From Lytechinus pictus (lineage: Eukaryota): a DNA stretch of 64,000 nt. Under the pieces are notes generated by a model. It was given only the letters and a program-made list of their open reading frames with translations, did not search any database and was not told the DNA's origin. The stretch lies in contig NC_087251.1 in NCBI RefSeq assembly GCF_037042905.1, forward strand, positions 37,882,001 through 37,946,000, read 5' to 3'. Shown here in pieces: positions 39,201 to 50,705 of this stretch (positions within the stretch are counted from its first letter, which is position 1; each line of letters opens with the position of its first letter). Made by a program: the position numbers and the translations under genes.

Positions 39201-42200
39201 GCCTTATTAACACAATCTTCTATTGACAATAAGATATCGATATTATCTCTAGAATTGTCATCTCAAAATATAGAAATATGGTGTAAATGGAGATAAATAT
39301 ACCAAGCAAGCCAACATTTTGATTTGAAGCATGATTTCATTCGATAATCAAATGGAGTGATGAAATGATAGCCACAATTACCCAAAGTTTGTTTCATTGT
39401 TTTATAGTCTATATGAAAATGAAGTTCATTGGCCTTCAAATACTCTTGTACAATCATGACCCACTTTGATATTTTTTTCTTTAAGACTTTATCTCATTTC
39501 ATACATGTACAGAGCAGCATGAGTGCTCGATGGAAACCATTCAGAGTGGGTACATCCTAGCATATGGCCAAATATATAGCTGTGCCAATTTCACAGTATT
39601 TACACTAAAATTCACCTGAAATCATAATACATCCATCTACATATAGCACACCTAGTTCATGTTCAACTTCACTTAATTCTCAATATATCCTATTTTTACC
39701 TAGGCTAAAGCTAAGCTGCAACATAGGTACTAAGCGGGGGGGGGGGGGGGATTACATGGGGGTTTTGGGGGGGATTTTGACCCCGAAATACTCAAAAGAG
39801 CCCTGGAAAATCCCCATTCACTGCAATGTTAAAGTTTATCCAATATTGCAGATTGAGGCAGTAGATCATGAAAAGCAGCCCCCCAAAATAAATAAAAAAT
39901 ATATATAAATATTTTTTGCTTGTACTAGAGCACTCAAGGAATTAATCCTCCCGGAATCATAAAAGGAATAGCCCAACACACAAGTCAGAAGCTGGGAATG
40001 CTCTATTTCGGAAGTTTAAATCAAGTGTTTGGGGTTCTTTCTTTCAAATTTGCAGTATACCTTCAAAATAAAAGGATGTTTGTTTGTTTTTTATTTCAGA
40101 AAGAGTAAGGTGTACATAATGATCCAAATACAAGAGAAAGTGGATGAAAAAAAAAATAATAATAAATCCTAAATAAATAAAGATATGAATAAATAATAAA
40201 CAAATAAAATAAATAAATAAACAAGTAAGTTAAGGTTGAGAGTTGTACTCACTGACTCCTGGACTCCGCATATCTATCAGCTGGAGGGTAGTCATAGTAG
40301 TCCCTGTTATATGACAGAACAAACCAACATTTGAATATTATTATATAGATGATAAATGTGTTATGAGTGCAATGAATCATTTCATATTTCACTGAATGAA
40401 CAATTCTGTCCATTGCACAAATGTTAAGTCTGATAATGGTGAAGTCTGAAACATCGACTAGGAATAAAAAACTAAATGGCCATTTAAATATGGCATTGCT
40501 ATATTAAATTTTGTATTGGCAACTTGATTAGATTTCGAAAAGTGGCAAGGACAACTCCCCCATTGGTCATGTACATTTATGTATTAGGACTCTCTCTCCT
40601 GTACTGGTAGTGTTTCCCTTTATATGCTTTGAGTAGTAATAAAAATAGAAAGCATATTATCATGAGTCTTAAAGGAGAATGAAACCCTTGAAACCAGCTT
40701 AATTCATATCAAAGAGAAAAATCAAAGAAACATGTTGTTGAAAGTTTGAGGAAGATTGAATGAATAATAAGAAAGTTATGAGCATTTGAATATTGAGATC
40801 ACTAATGCCATGTAGATCCTCCCATTGGCAATGCGACCAAGATCTATGATGACACACACGTACAACTCCCTCATTACTTTAGTACTTATTTCACTTATAT
40901 TCTCACTTTTATAGTCTATCACAAGGTAAGGTGTTCTCTTTATGAGAGGACAAGTACAGAGGTTTCACATTATATCATTGATGAATTGTTTGTCATATGA
41001 TTAGAATGAGCAAAAAGAGATGTTTTGGGGTATATTTTCAGTGTCCAAAAGGGGAGAGTTGTTCATCTGTGACATCATAGATCTTGGTCGCATTGCCAAT
41101 GGGAGGATCTCCATAGCATTAGTGATCTCGACATTCAAATGCTCATAACTCTTCTATTTCTAGTCCTATTTTACTCAAACTTTTGTTGATCTTATTCTTT
41201 GATTTTTCTGCTTTCACAAAAGCCAACTTACTCCAAGAGTTTCATTCTCCTTTAATAAAAGATAATAATTGCAATTTCCAAAAGATACAAAGCGATTTGA
41301 GAAAAACTTCTTGTTTTTTTTAAGATAATTTTCTAGTCATTTTGTGTATGGGAACAAAAATCAAATGGTCTTTACCCTAAACACTACGACATCACATATG
41401 TGGCCAATATGACATCCCCATACATATAGAAATTGCAACTTAATACAAGTTTTCAAGATTGTTTCTCTGGTTTTTCTTTTTTTTTTTCCTTGACAAAACA
41501 ACTTTTCATTTGGGTTGGAATCTGGTTTAAATTGTTAATGTCTGTTCACGGTTTTCTGTTGACAATTCCAGCAAGTCAGTCCTCATGAACATTGCTACTT
41601 CAATAGTTTGTCTATTTTGAGTGATGAAAGGTGCACAGATTATAGTAAAGTAAACCCTCAATGTGAATTAAGAACTTCACAAACACAGTGCAAACTCAGG
41701 GGAATATCTGGGGGAGTGTTTATGAAGCAAATAATGCTTTTCCGCTGACAAATTTGCTCTCAACCAATCAGATGCAAGGATTTCAGTTGCTTATAACAGT
41801 GGTCAGTGAAAATCAATGACCATTTGCTTCATAAAAATGCTCCCCAGTGATAAACAAACGTGCATAACTCGACAATCTGGGGCTGTTTCACTGCAACACT
41901 TTGCCATGCATTATAACCAACATGCAACACATAACTACATTGATGACTGAGCAATAGCGCAGGGGGAGCGTTTCATAAAGCTGTTCGTAAGTTAAGAGCG
42001 ACTTTAAGAACTGGTGATCCTTTCTTAACATGCAAAACCATCGCTTATGAATATACTATTTGCCATAAGAAAGGATCTCCAGCCTTAACTTGTTGCTCTT
42101 AACTTACGAACAGCTTTATGAAACACCCACCAGGTCCCACAAGCAAATAAACTAATTGAATGCAATTATTTTGAATAAGTGCAGATTTATATCACACTAA

Positions 42201-45200
42201 ACTCTTTGTACATGCAACAACCCCATGGAGTTGTAATGCACAAGTACAGTCAAATCTGTCTTAGCAGCCATCTGTTGTCACCTTCACTGTCTCCCATTGG
42301 ATAGGAATATGTATGATTGAAACTGTCTCAAAAGGCCCCTAATTTTACAAAAAGGTAGTACATGTACATTAAAGTTTAAATAAGTCAACCTTCCATCCAT
42401 AAATAGAATAATTACCTAAGGCACCTTACCAAAATTACCTTACCAGTGCTGTGTCTTTCATGCAGGAATCATGCAAACATAAAATTAAATTTCATTGCTA
42501 TTCCCAACATGAAATCAAGGTACCTTTCATGGCAACTTTTCTATATGATTCCATATTGCTATGTCTATAAAAAACATGAGCAATGATGGATGATTCAAGA
42601 CACTTGTATGATTCCTGTGAGAAAAACCTTGCTCTGTCTTGTGGGTAAGGTGCTGAAGAAATTTCATCCAAGATTATAAATGCAAAGATTGTATTTGCCT
42701 CTTCTTACCAAATTTGCCTTTGAGCCAAAGACAATGGAGTTAAAAATGAATTTCTTGAATATACATAACAATTTACAGTGTTAATAAATATAAATTAGTT
42801 CACAAAAACATGCTTCACACTGAAGTTAAATCAATTATTGAAGGTCAAATTCATTTTGACATGCACACATTAAAATGGGTTCAAAATTCAAACAATTCTC
42901 GTTGCAGCCATTACAGAGTTGCAACTTTCACAGATTTTTTCAAGGCCTTGTGACTTGCAATAAATTTATATGAAATAAAGCTAAGGCAAAAAACATAGAA
43001 GTTAATTCGAAATTTAAGGCCACTGTTATGTGGGCAAAATAATTTGATGGCGCAAGCATACAAATAATTTTACACGAATAGACAGACTGCGTTCATAAAA
43101 GTTGAGCAACATTTATAGAAAACCAGGGGATTTTATTATCAAATCACTGTCCTTTTTCTATGCAAGCAAGGGAAAACTTTGGGATGATTTGCTAACTGCT
43201 ACAATCAAACTCGATAAGATAAAATCAATTCCATGGGATTTAATTGGTTTGACAGTTGCCTTCTTCTGCCTGATTGTACAGTCACACCAATGAGACCGAC
43301 TCCAGACCGATCAAAGCTATTACATTATTTCCAATGGCACATCATTGGTCCGTTTGGAGACTGTTTCGTTAGTGTGTAATGGCTACAACGTTGATTACAA
43401 CAACAACAAATGCTAGTTTTTTTTTTGGGGGGGGGGTGATGCAAGAAAATATTGCATTCAATTGCAAATTTCCGTTGTAGTTTGACAACTGATTAATCAC
43501 TTTTAATTATTGGTATTGATTTATTTACTTGTTGCAAGAAGCAAAGTGCAAATTTGCAATTAATTGCAAGACATATGATGATTTTTTTTTTACCTATAAA
43601 AGACAAACAATTGATTGCAAGTTTCTTGCAACACCCCATTAGTATTAAAACAAACATGTTATTAAAATCAATGCAATGAAAATATTAGTCTTGTTAGAAC
43701 CCACCTAGGAGGTGGAGGTGGAGAATCACGTCTCCTGTACCTTGGTGGGGTCAAGGGTCGCCTTCCTGGTGGCGGGCTTCGGCTCCTTGTTCTGTAAGGG
43801 TCGCGGGGGTACGGGTCACGGGAGTATTCATGGTACGGATATGGAGGCGGTCGCCTGTTAACATACAGGGATGATACAAAGTTGTTGAGTTATGCATAAA
43901 GATCCAGGACTCCATAATTAATACAAAGGTTAGCGAATCATCATGGGCTGATCTTTACAACTGATTGCATTGATTATTGTGTATGATCAATTATAAATAT
44001 CTGCTCCACAATCAATCAATACATTGTATGTTACAGGGTATCAATATCGAGTGTCTACTTGTATGCATAGACTTTATGTGCTTAATAAATCCTGAAAGAA
44101 AATGTGTAATTAATGACAAACTGGCATGGGATATTAAAACATTATTTATTTTTTCTTTAAGTATAATCTATGCAACTACATTTGTGATCAAATTAGCTTT
44201 AATACAATTTTCGTTCACTACGATAAATCCAATGACTTACTAAAAGTTGGATAAAACCTTGATTTTCATTGGCTGCTGAGCTCCGTTACCATGGTAGTTA
44301 CCACACTGGCGAATTGGTTATAATTGTGTTTATGAAATAGGGGCCCTATTACAGATCAATACTATCCATAAAAATATGATTATCAAAATGGTGTACCTGT
44401 AGTAGTCCTCATAGTAGCGATCGTAGTACGGGTCAGGTGGTGGCGGTCTGCGAGACCCATAATCTCCGTATTCCCTGTCTTTGTATTCTCCAGGGTGATC
44501 TCGACTTCCTCCTCGACCACCTCTGAAACCTCCTCCCCCTCCTCCTCGACCGCCTCCATCACGGCCACCACCTCGACCACCACCTCCGCGTCCGCCTCGG
44601 CCTCCCCTTCCGCCGCCGCCTCCACGGCCGCCACCTCCTCGGCCGCCACCTCTGCTTCCCCTTTATAAAAAACATTAATAGAAAGAGATAAATGTTGGTG
44701 AAACAAAGGCTTGGGGTAGTGTTACTTTCATGAAGCACTTTGTCAAGAATTAGTTTGTCCTGACGTCTGAGCCAATCAGAAGCAAGGTTTTCAGTAGCCT
44801 ACAGCTGTCAGTGAAAACCGTTACTTGTGTCATGGAATGCTCAATAAGTATCATATAAATACTCTGTGATGAAATGGCTTAAAATATGGACAACAGGGTT
44901 AACCCAAATACATCTTACAAATTACAAGACACTGATCAAGTTACAACAGAATTTTACAGCTTATTCTATGATACATGTACATGTACGTAAAATTAACATT
45001 GATTAAATAAGCACTCTGATAGCCTGATTTATTTCAACTTATTTGGATACAGATTTGCCCATCTTATGGGGCATCGCAAGAAAACCACAATCAATTTCAA
45101 GCCCATTAGAAATCACAGAATCAATGCCTTTGAAATCATTGGTAATTTTGTACTTGACAAAAAAGGATGTGCAAACTGATTTACTACAGCTAAAATTGAT

Positions 45201-47815
45201 CTTGCAAATTTAAATTGCAGCAAAACTTTGTAATTGATTGCATATAATTTCTTGCAACACCCTCTACGAGCTTAATTATCCTGTCCATTTATAATATCAA
45301 CACTGGAAAGCCTCATCACATTAACATACAAATAATCATCATCATAATAATAACGATATGAATAATGCTAATGATTTATTGGACTTAAATCCACTCTGTA
45401 GAGTGCTCAAGGCACTTTCCTAGAAATCAAGAAGGATGTTAAGAATTGAACAGAAATGTTTTACTTGTATCTTGAAAGTCTTAGTTTTTCAATGTCTTCA
45501 AAAAGGCTTATCCATAACTTAAATGATGAGTGGACAAACGACCCCCCCCCCCAGATTTTGGCGATGACTTAAGTATACAAGAAAAATAGTTTTGTTTGTC
45601 CAAGGAGATATTAAAAATTGCATGCTGTTTATCCAGTATTGTTCTGTATATATTAGATTGACTTTGGCAGCATGGTAGCCTGCCCTATTTCCGAAAAAAT
45701 CACCAAACCGATATATTGACCGGGATAGAGGCAAGCGTTAATCTCGAGGTGCAGCACTGGACGCGCGGCGCGCCAAGTCTGCTTACCTCCCGTTATCACG
45801 GCAGTCGCGAGAGAAGTGCCCCATTTTACCGCACGAGAAGCATTCTCCACTGTTGCCCACACCAGTCGTTTTGTGCACGGTGGATGTGGACATTTGAACC
45901 TGGATAACGTTCCCCAGGAAATCAGTCTTGTCTAGCTGAGTGACCGCCTCTTGGCATTCTGTTTCTGTTGCCATGTGCTTTAATAAGAGAAGGGGCCAAT
46001 GATTGGGAATAAGAAGGTAAATGATCAGAATCCGAGGGATAAGACCAAGATAAGAGAACAGCAAAGCTTCTGGTCCACACAATCACCGACTACTTTGGCT
46101 ATGCTATAGCCAAAGCAAATGTGTTTTAATTCCGAAACCGAACATGCATCTTTCGACAGGATAGCACCTACAACACGTCCAATGGATGACAGAAGCTTTG
46201 CTGCTCTCGAATATGATTTAAAAAAGAATTTACTATGAGACTTACGGCTCTTTTCGTTCAGTTGAGGTAGAGTGTTGTACCCTGATTGTATTACCATACA
46301 ATCTATGACCACCAAGTTTGTTAACTGCTTCCAAAGCCTCCTCTATAGTTGACATGTGCTAAAACAAACAATTTAAAACCATCGAAGCAATATCAAGAAC
46401 AAGATTCTTAAAACTGAATTTCCCTTTTACCTGCCTCACAAAATAACATGAGATGAATCCAAATTCAAATAAAATGCCATCTAGACAAAGGTGGAAAATG
46501 CAATTTAGTGCATTTTTTACCCATAAATTTTGTTCAAATTAAGCAACAAATATATTCAGATCACAAAATAATAGAGCTTCGAACTGTAATGCTGGAAATT
46601 CACCAATAAGACATATCTGGATATTAATTTGTGAACATATCTTGGAACATTTTAATGAGGAAGAAATTGAGTCGAGGCATTGCATTAAAGAGTCTAACAT
46701 TCATACTTTTATATGCTTTTCAGTTCACACTCCATTTCCTTAACCCCATACTATCCTTAACCCCGCAATATCTTTTTTGGTTTCACACTGTCTTTCTTAA
46801 CCACATACAATTTGCTTAGCCAGGGTTAAAGCCGTAACCGCGGACTATCGCACAGCTCATGAATATTGATGATTTTGCCACAGAGAGCGTGATTATTGTC
46901 CAATTTTGACTTCTGTAATTGGCTAATGCTTAGCCCCACTCTTCCTTAGCCCGGTTTCATTTCACACTGCATCTCTTGGCACCGCAATTGTGGTGCTAAC
47001 ACCCAATTAGCTTGCTATCCCTGCTTTTTTGCAGGGCCAGATAGTACCATACTAATTACTGTGCTAGCCCACTAGTTTGCTAACACATGAAGAAAAACGA
47101 AGTGGGCTAAGCTTAACCCCGGGATATTGGTGGGGCTAAGCCCCCCCCCCCCAAGCCCCACCAATTTCCCAGGGTTAAAGAAAATGTGTGCAGGGTGAAA
47201 AGCATATTATATTCATTAAACATTATTTTATTTCAAAGGTTGTACATGAATGTTTTAATTACAGACCTGCCCTCCCATTAATGGCACTAGCTTTGCATGA
47301 AAAAAAGAACATTTCATTTAATCGAGTATGAACATTTTTCCCCCCTATTTCGTAAAAAAAAAACACAATTTGCTCTACTTCATTAATGGTTAATACCCTA
47401 CTATATTTCTTCAATGATTATTAAAGATTACTCCAATTTACATCTAAAAGGTGCTTATCAATACAAACTTTGCATATTAATAAGTCACAAATTTTCATTT
47501 TCATATGCTTGTTGTACTCTGTAATTTGTAAAATTATCTATATTTGCAACATTTGTACCTAAATTTCCAATAGCATTTACAATTTATTTCTCATGACATT
47601 TATGGTATTATATAGATTTATACATATATACCAATGCTTGTCATCAAGTTATTTGAAAATGAAAAGAAATAAACTGAAACTATAAAACTCACCACAAATC
47701 CATAATTCTTGAGAACATCACATTCTACTACTTTTCCTACTGTTTGGAAAAGCTCCTTCAGGTCATCGTTTGTAACTCCTTGTGGCACATTACCCACGAA
47801 CAGCTTTTTCGCCAT
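35997..47815 (-). CDS. lark: RBM4/lark-family RNA-binding protein (RRM + optional CCHC zinc knuckle + RGG + RS/PY-rich tail), alternatively spliced
   Basis: Exons 47815-47693, then 46358-46246 OR 45977-45787, then 44660-44397, 43854-43705, 40303-40253, then 39013-38959(stop) OR 36207-35997(stop). All introns GT-AG and phase-compatible. KLFVGN...ECDVLKNYGFVH and VQMSTS...GVGNSGECFSCGKMGHFSRDC match RBM4/lark. Confidence 0.85.
38959..39013 (-). CDS. lark: lark/RBM4 proximal terminal coding segment
   Basis: cccctacag|C YPPPRARYSPPRQTSAF*, resembling the vertebrate RBM4 end RARYSAF. Confidence 0.72.
40253..40303 (-). CDS. lark: lark/RBM4 51-nt exon
   Basis: ataacag|G DYYDYPPADRYAESRS CA|GTGAGT. 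Confidence 0.8.
40673..41251. mobile_element. Kolobok-type MITE in a lark intron
   Basis: TTAA|aggagaatgaaacccttg ... caagagtttcattctcct|TTAA; near-perfect inner arms gatcctcccattggcaatgcgaccaagatctatgatg. Confidence 0.85.
41960..42133. mobile_element. Palindromic MITE, same family as 3716-3891
   Basis: gtttcataaagctgttcgtaagttaagagc / gctcttaacttacgaacagctttatgaaac. Confidence 0.75.
43705..43854 (-). CDS. lark: lark/RBM4 R/P/Y/S-rich exon
   Basis: 150 nt, phase 2 to 2; RPPPYPYHEYSRDPYPRDPYRTRSRSPPP. Confidence 0.87.
44397..44660 (-). CDS. lark: lark/RBM4 RGG-box exon
   Basis: 264 nt, phase 2 to 2; GSRGGGRGGGGRGG...RRPPPPDPYYDRYYEDYY. Confidence 0.88.
45787..45977 (-). CDS. lark: lark/RBM4 alternative exon 2b (RRM2-type C-half + CCHC zinc knuckle)
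   Basis: cttctcttattaaag|CAC ATG...HMATETECQEAVTQLDKTDFLGNVIQVQMSTS...CFSCGKMGHFSRDC, ends AG|GTAAGC; phase 0 to 2. Confidence 0.92.
46054..46208 (-). other. Structured intronic RNA element between exons 2a and 2b
   Basis: 19-bp stem 46208-46190 / 46072-46054 and 12-bp inner hairpin 46117-46091. The only non-Watson-Crick pairs are G-U on the minus strand. Confidence 0.7.
46246..46358 (-). CDS. lark: lark/RBM4 alternative exon 2a (RRM1-type C-half)
   Basis: tgtttgttttag|CAC ATG...HMSTIEEALEAVNKLGGHRLYGNTIRVQHSTSTERKE, ends CC|GTAAGT; phase 0 to 2. Confidence 0.85.
46714..47204. mobile_element. MITE in the lark intron between the first coding exon and exon 2a
   Basis: ta|tgcttttca ... tgaaaagca|ta; internal ttcacact and ttaacccc/ttagcccc repeats. 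Confidence 0.6.
47693..47815 (-). CDS. lark: lark/RBM4 first coding exon (RRM N-half, RNP2 and RNP1)
   Basis: gccATGG; MAKKLFVGNV...KNYGFV|GTGAGT (phase 0). The exon starts at 47850 after tattttattag, so an upstream non-coding exon exists. Confidence 0.92.
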
Positions 47816-48800
47816 GGCTGAAATATCTATCCCTCACAATCTTCTTTCTCCTAATAAAATATAGAGAGGTTGGATTCATGAGAATAGTAACAAAGCTAAG
47901 TCAATATAACAAAGTATGCAGCCCAGACGTATCACATCATGGCGCACACAAGTTGTATACCACGAATGAGCACACAACAATCATGCAATAAAACACAAAA
48001 TTTTTATATGAAGCTCCAAAATGTGTTTAAAGAGCTGGGGCAGACCCAGGGGTGAAAACAAAACGACCGATCGAGTATCCATCCCACAAGTGAAGTTCAT
48101 TTTCTCGTTGGTGCATATCGTCTGCTGCTACTCATCATGAGTTGATTTGGATACATACAATATTTGATTCGGACATATTTTACTTGTTTGTAAGTACGGT
48201 ACAGTACATGCAATTACTATTTTTAATTATTGTATTTTGAAGTTGATGAGTGAAGAGACTCTGCCGTGGACTCTTTTTCATTGTTTGGCCTTTGGGTGGT
48301 GCACCGTGCAGGTGCAAATGAATGTGAGTTGACTAACAGTTACGACAGGGATTCACGTTTGTTCCACTCTCCATCACCGGCGCAATTCCCCTAATTTTCC
48401 TTCTCCCATGTCGCTTTGTTGTTCACTAGACCTAGAATCTTCCTTATCAATATCTTCTTCAACAACATTTGTTTTCGAAATCCAAATCTAGATAAAACTT
48501 CTGGGTTTTCTTCCATTTCATGATCGAACAACTCAGTGACAGTGTGGACTTTCGCACGTTTACTAGCATTCGCAATAGGTTTTGAACGCAAGTGGAGCTT
48601 GAAGTGGGAGAGCTATTCACGTCTCTGGTACCATCATACACGTCATCAAATTTGAGTCAATTCAGAGGCCGATGCGAGGCATATTTCAGAGGGGAATTTT
48701 AGCGCTTTTTAATTGGCGATTTCCACCTTACGTATTATTTTCGTTATTTTCAAATGACCTAATGATAATCCCCACACCATTACCTTTCCATTGATATAAG

Positions 48801-50153
48801 TAGGGACAGTGATTTTCCGTTTCAGAAAATCTTAAATTTCGTTTCAGCATGTCAGAAAACGGAAATTCCGTTTCCCCTAGACTTTGTGTACAGGTAAAAG
48901 TGACAATTACGTTTACCCATTGAATAGCAATATAACATCACTCGCGCTGGTCAAAATTTGTATCTGCCACTGTACCAACAACGCAATCGAATCTATGCGG
49001 GTAAACAAAATATTTTGACAAACACATTTAAAGGACAAGTCCACCCCAACAAAAAGTTGATTTGAATAAAAAGAGAAAAATCCAAAAAGCATAACACTGA
49101 AAATTTCATCAAAATCGGATGTAAATAAAGAAAGTTATGACATTTTAAAGTTTTGCTTAATTTCACAAAACAGTTATATGCACATCCTGGTCGGTATGCA
49201 AATGAGGAGACTGATGAAATCATCCACTCACTATTTATTTTGTATTTTATTATATGAAATATTCGAATTTTCTCCTCATTGTCAAGTGAAACAACGATTA
49301 ATTCCTCCCTGAACATGTGTAGCTAGCACTGTTTAATACTATATGGTTCAGCCAAGTTGGTCCTTATTGTCAAATCTGTAAAAAATGAAAAAATGTATAA
49401 TTCAAACAATAAAAAACAAAAGTAGTGAGTGATGTACATCATCGACTGGCTCATTTGCATGTCACTGAGTTGTGCACATCACTATTTTGTGAAAAATAAT
49501 CGAAACTTTAAAATATCATAACTTTCTTATTTTACATCCGATTTTGATGAAATTTTCAGCATTATGCTAGTTTGGTTTTTCTCTATTTATTCAAATCAAC
49601 ATTTTCTGGGGTGGACTTGACCTTTAACATGAATACATCCTCACCTTTCACATTATTAGTATTATTTTACGGTTAAATGAAATTTCATAGATAATTTTAG
49701 GGGTTTTTGGACATCGTTTTGAGCCATCAACGATTTTCGCCTATCCGCCATTTTGGATTTCTCATGTTACATCTTCGAACGCAGAGGGCAGCAACACACG
49801 ATCGTGTTGTTCAAAAGATGTGTGCATGTGAATGTTGTTTTCGATAAGCCCAATCCGGCGCCCGGCCGTGTACGGTACGGGCGAGGGGTACGATCGAGTG
49901 ATGAAGTCGAGTGCAGTCACGATGTGTGATTGTCATGATTGTAGCGAAGTGAGATCGTGTTATCTGGGGTTTTGTGGCCATTTAATATTCATATTTTGTT
50001 GAGATTTTGGAGAAATTTCTGTTGCTGTTCTGTGTATTTTGAGTAAGAATATGTTTTCCGTGATTTTCCGTTTGAAATGCCACTTTCTGTTTCAAAAGGC
50101 CCTTTCCCTGAATTCCGTCCATTTTCCGCGATCGCGGAAAATCACTGTCCCTA
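48801..50153. mobile_element. hAT-like element with perfect 19-bp TIR and 6-bp TSD
   Basis: tataag|TAGGGACAGTGATTTTCCG ... CGGAAAATCACTGTCCCTA|tataag; subterminal ttccgt repeats. Confidence 0.8.
49032..49623. mobile_element. Kolobok-type MITE nested in the hAT-like element
   Basis: TTAA|aggacaagtccacccc ... ggggtggacttgacct|TTAA. Confidence 0.88.
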
Positions 50154-50705
50154 TATAAGGCCATATGTTCATAATCAATATATTTCTCCTTTAACCACTT
50201 ATAGGCTACATATATGTACATCTTTGGTTCTGAAAGATAAAATTGATTTTATTGACTTAATTTCAACTGCTTTGAGTAGATATGAAGGCTTTGTTCATGT
50301 TTAGACAATAAATAAAACTGCCTCAACAAAAAAAAATTGTCAATCATTTGTACACATTTTCAATGGAAGTGATTTAAATTAAAAAAATCATAGTGATTTA
50401 AATCGCGATTTAAATCAATGTGATTTAAATCAGCCAACCCTGTAATTTATTTTGAGAATATAAAGACTTTGAAAACATGTTTTTGACCATTTTCCATCAT
50501 CTTTCTATCAAGTTCCCTTGAAATATGTTACAAAGTTTTGAGTGTATGATCATTTCTGACGCGTATGATGCATGCGTTAGGTAATTAAAGGCCGGTAGGT
50601 ACAATCAATCACTAAGATATCATAAACTGATGTAAACATTGATGCAAATTTAATTTTGTGAAAATAAATTTTTAAATTTTAAACGATGTAAACATTGGTT
50701 AGGCG

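Noticed and set aside
44383-44706. Glu/Ala/Val-rich 107-aa ORF
   Set aside because: Shifted reading frame of the RGG exon; splice phases support the Gly/Arg frame.
46025-46315. ORF segment AKLLSSIG...SELKHICFGY...KVVGDC as the missing RRM2 N-half
   Set aside because: Only vague resemblance, no RNP2 or RNP1 motif, different frame from exon 2a, and no suitable splice sites. The region is better explained by RNA base-pairing.
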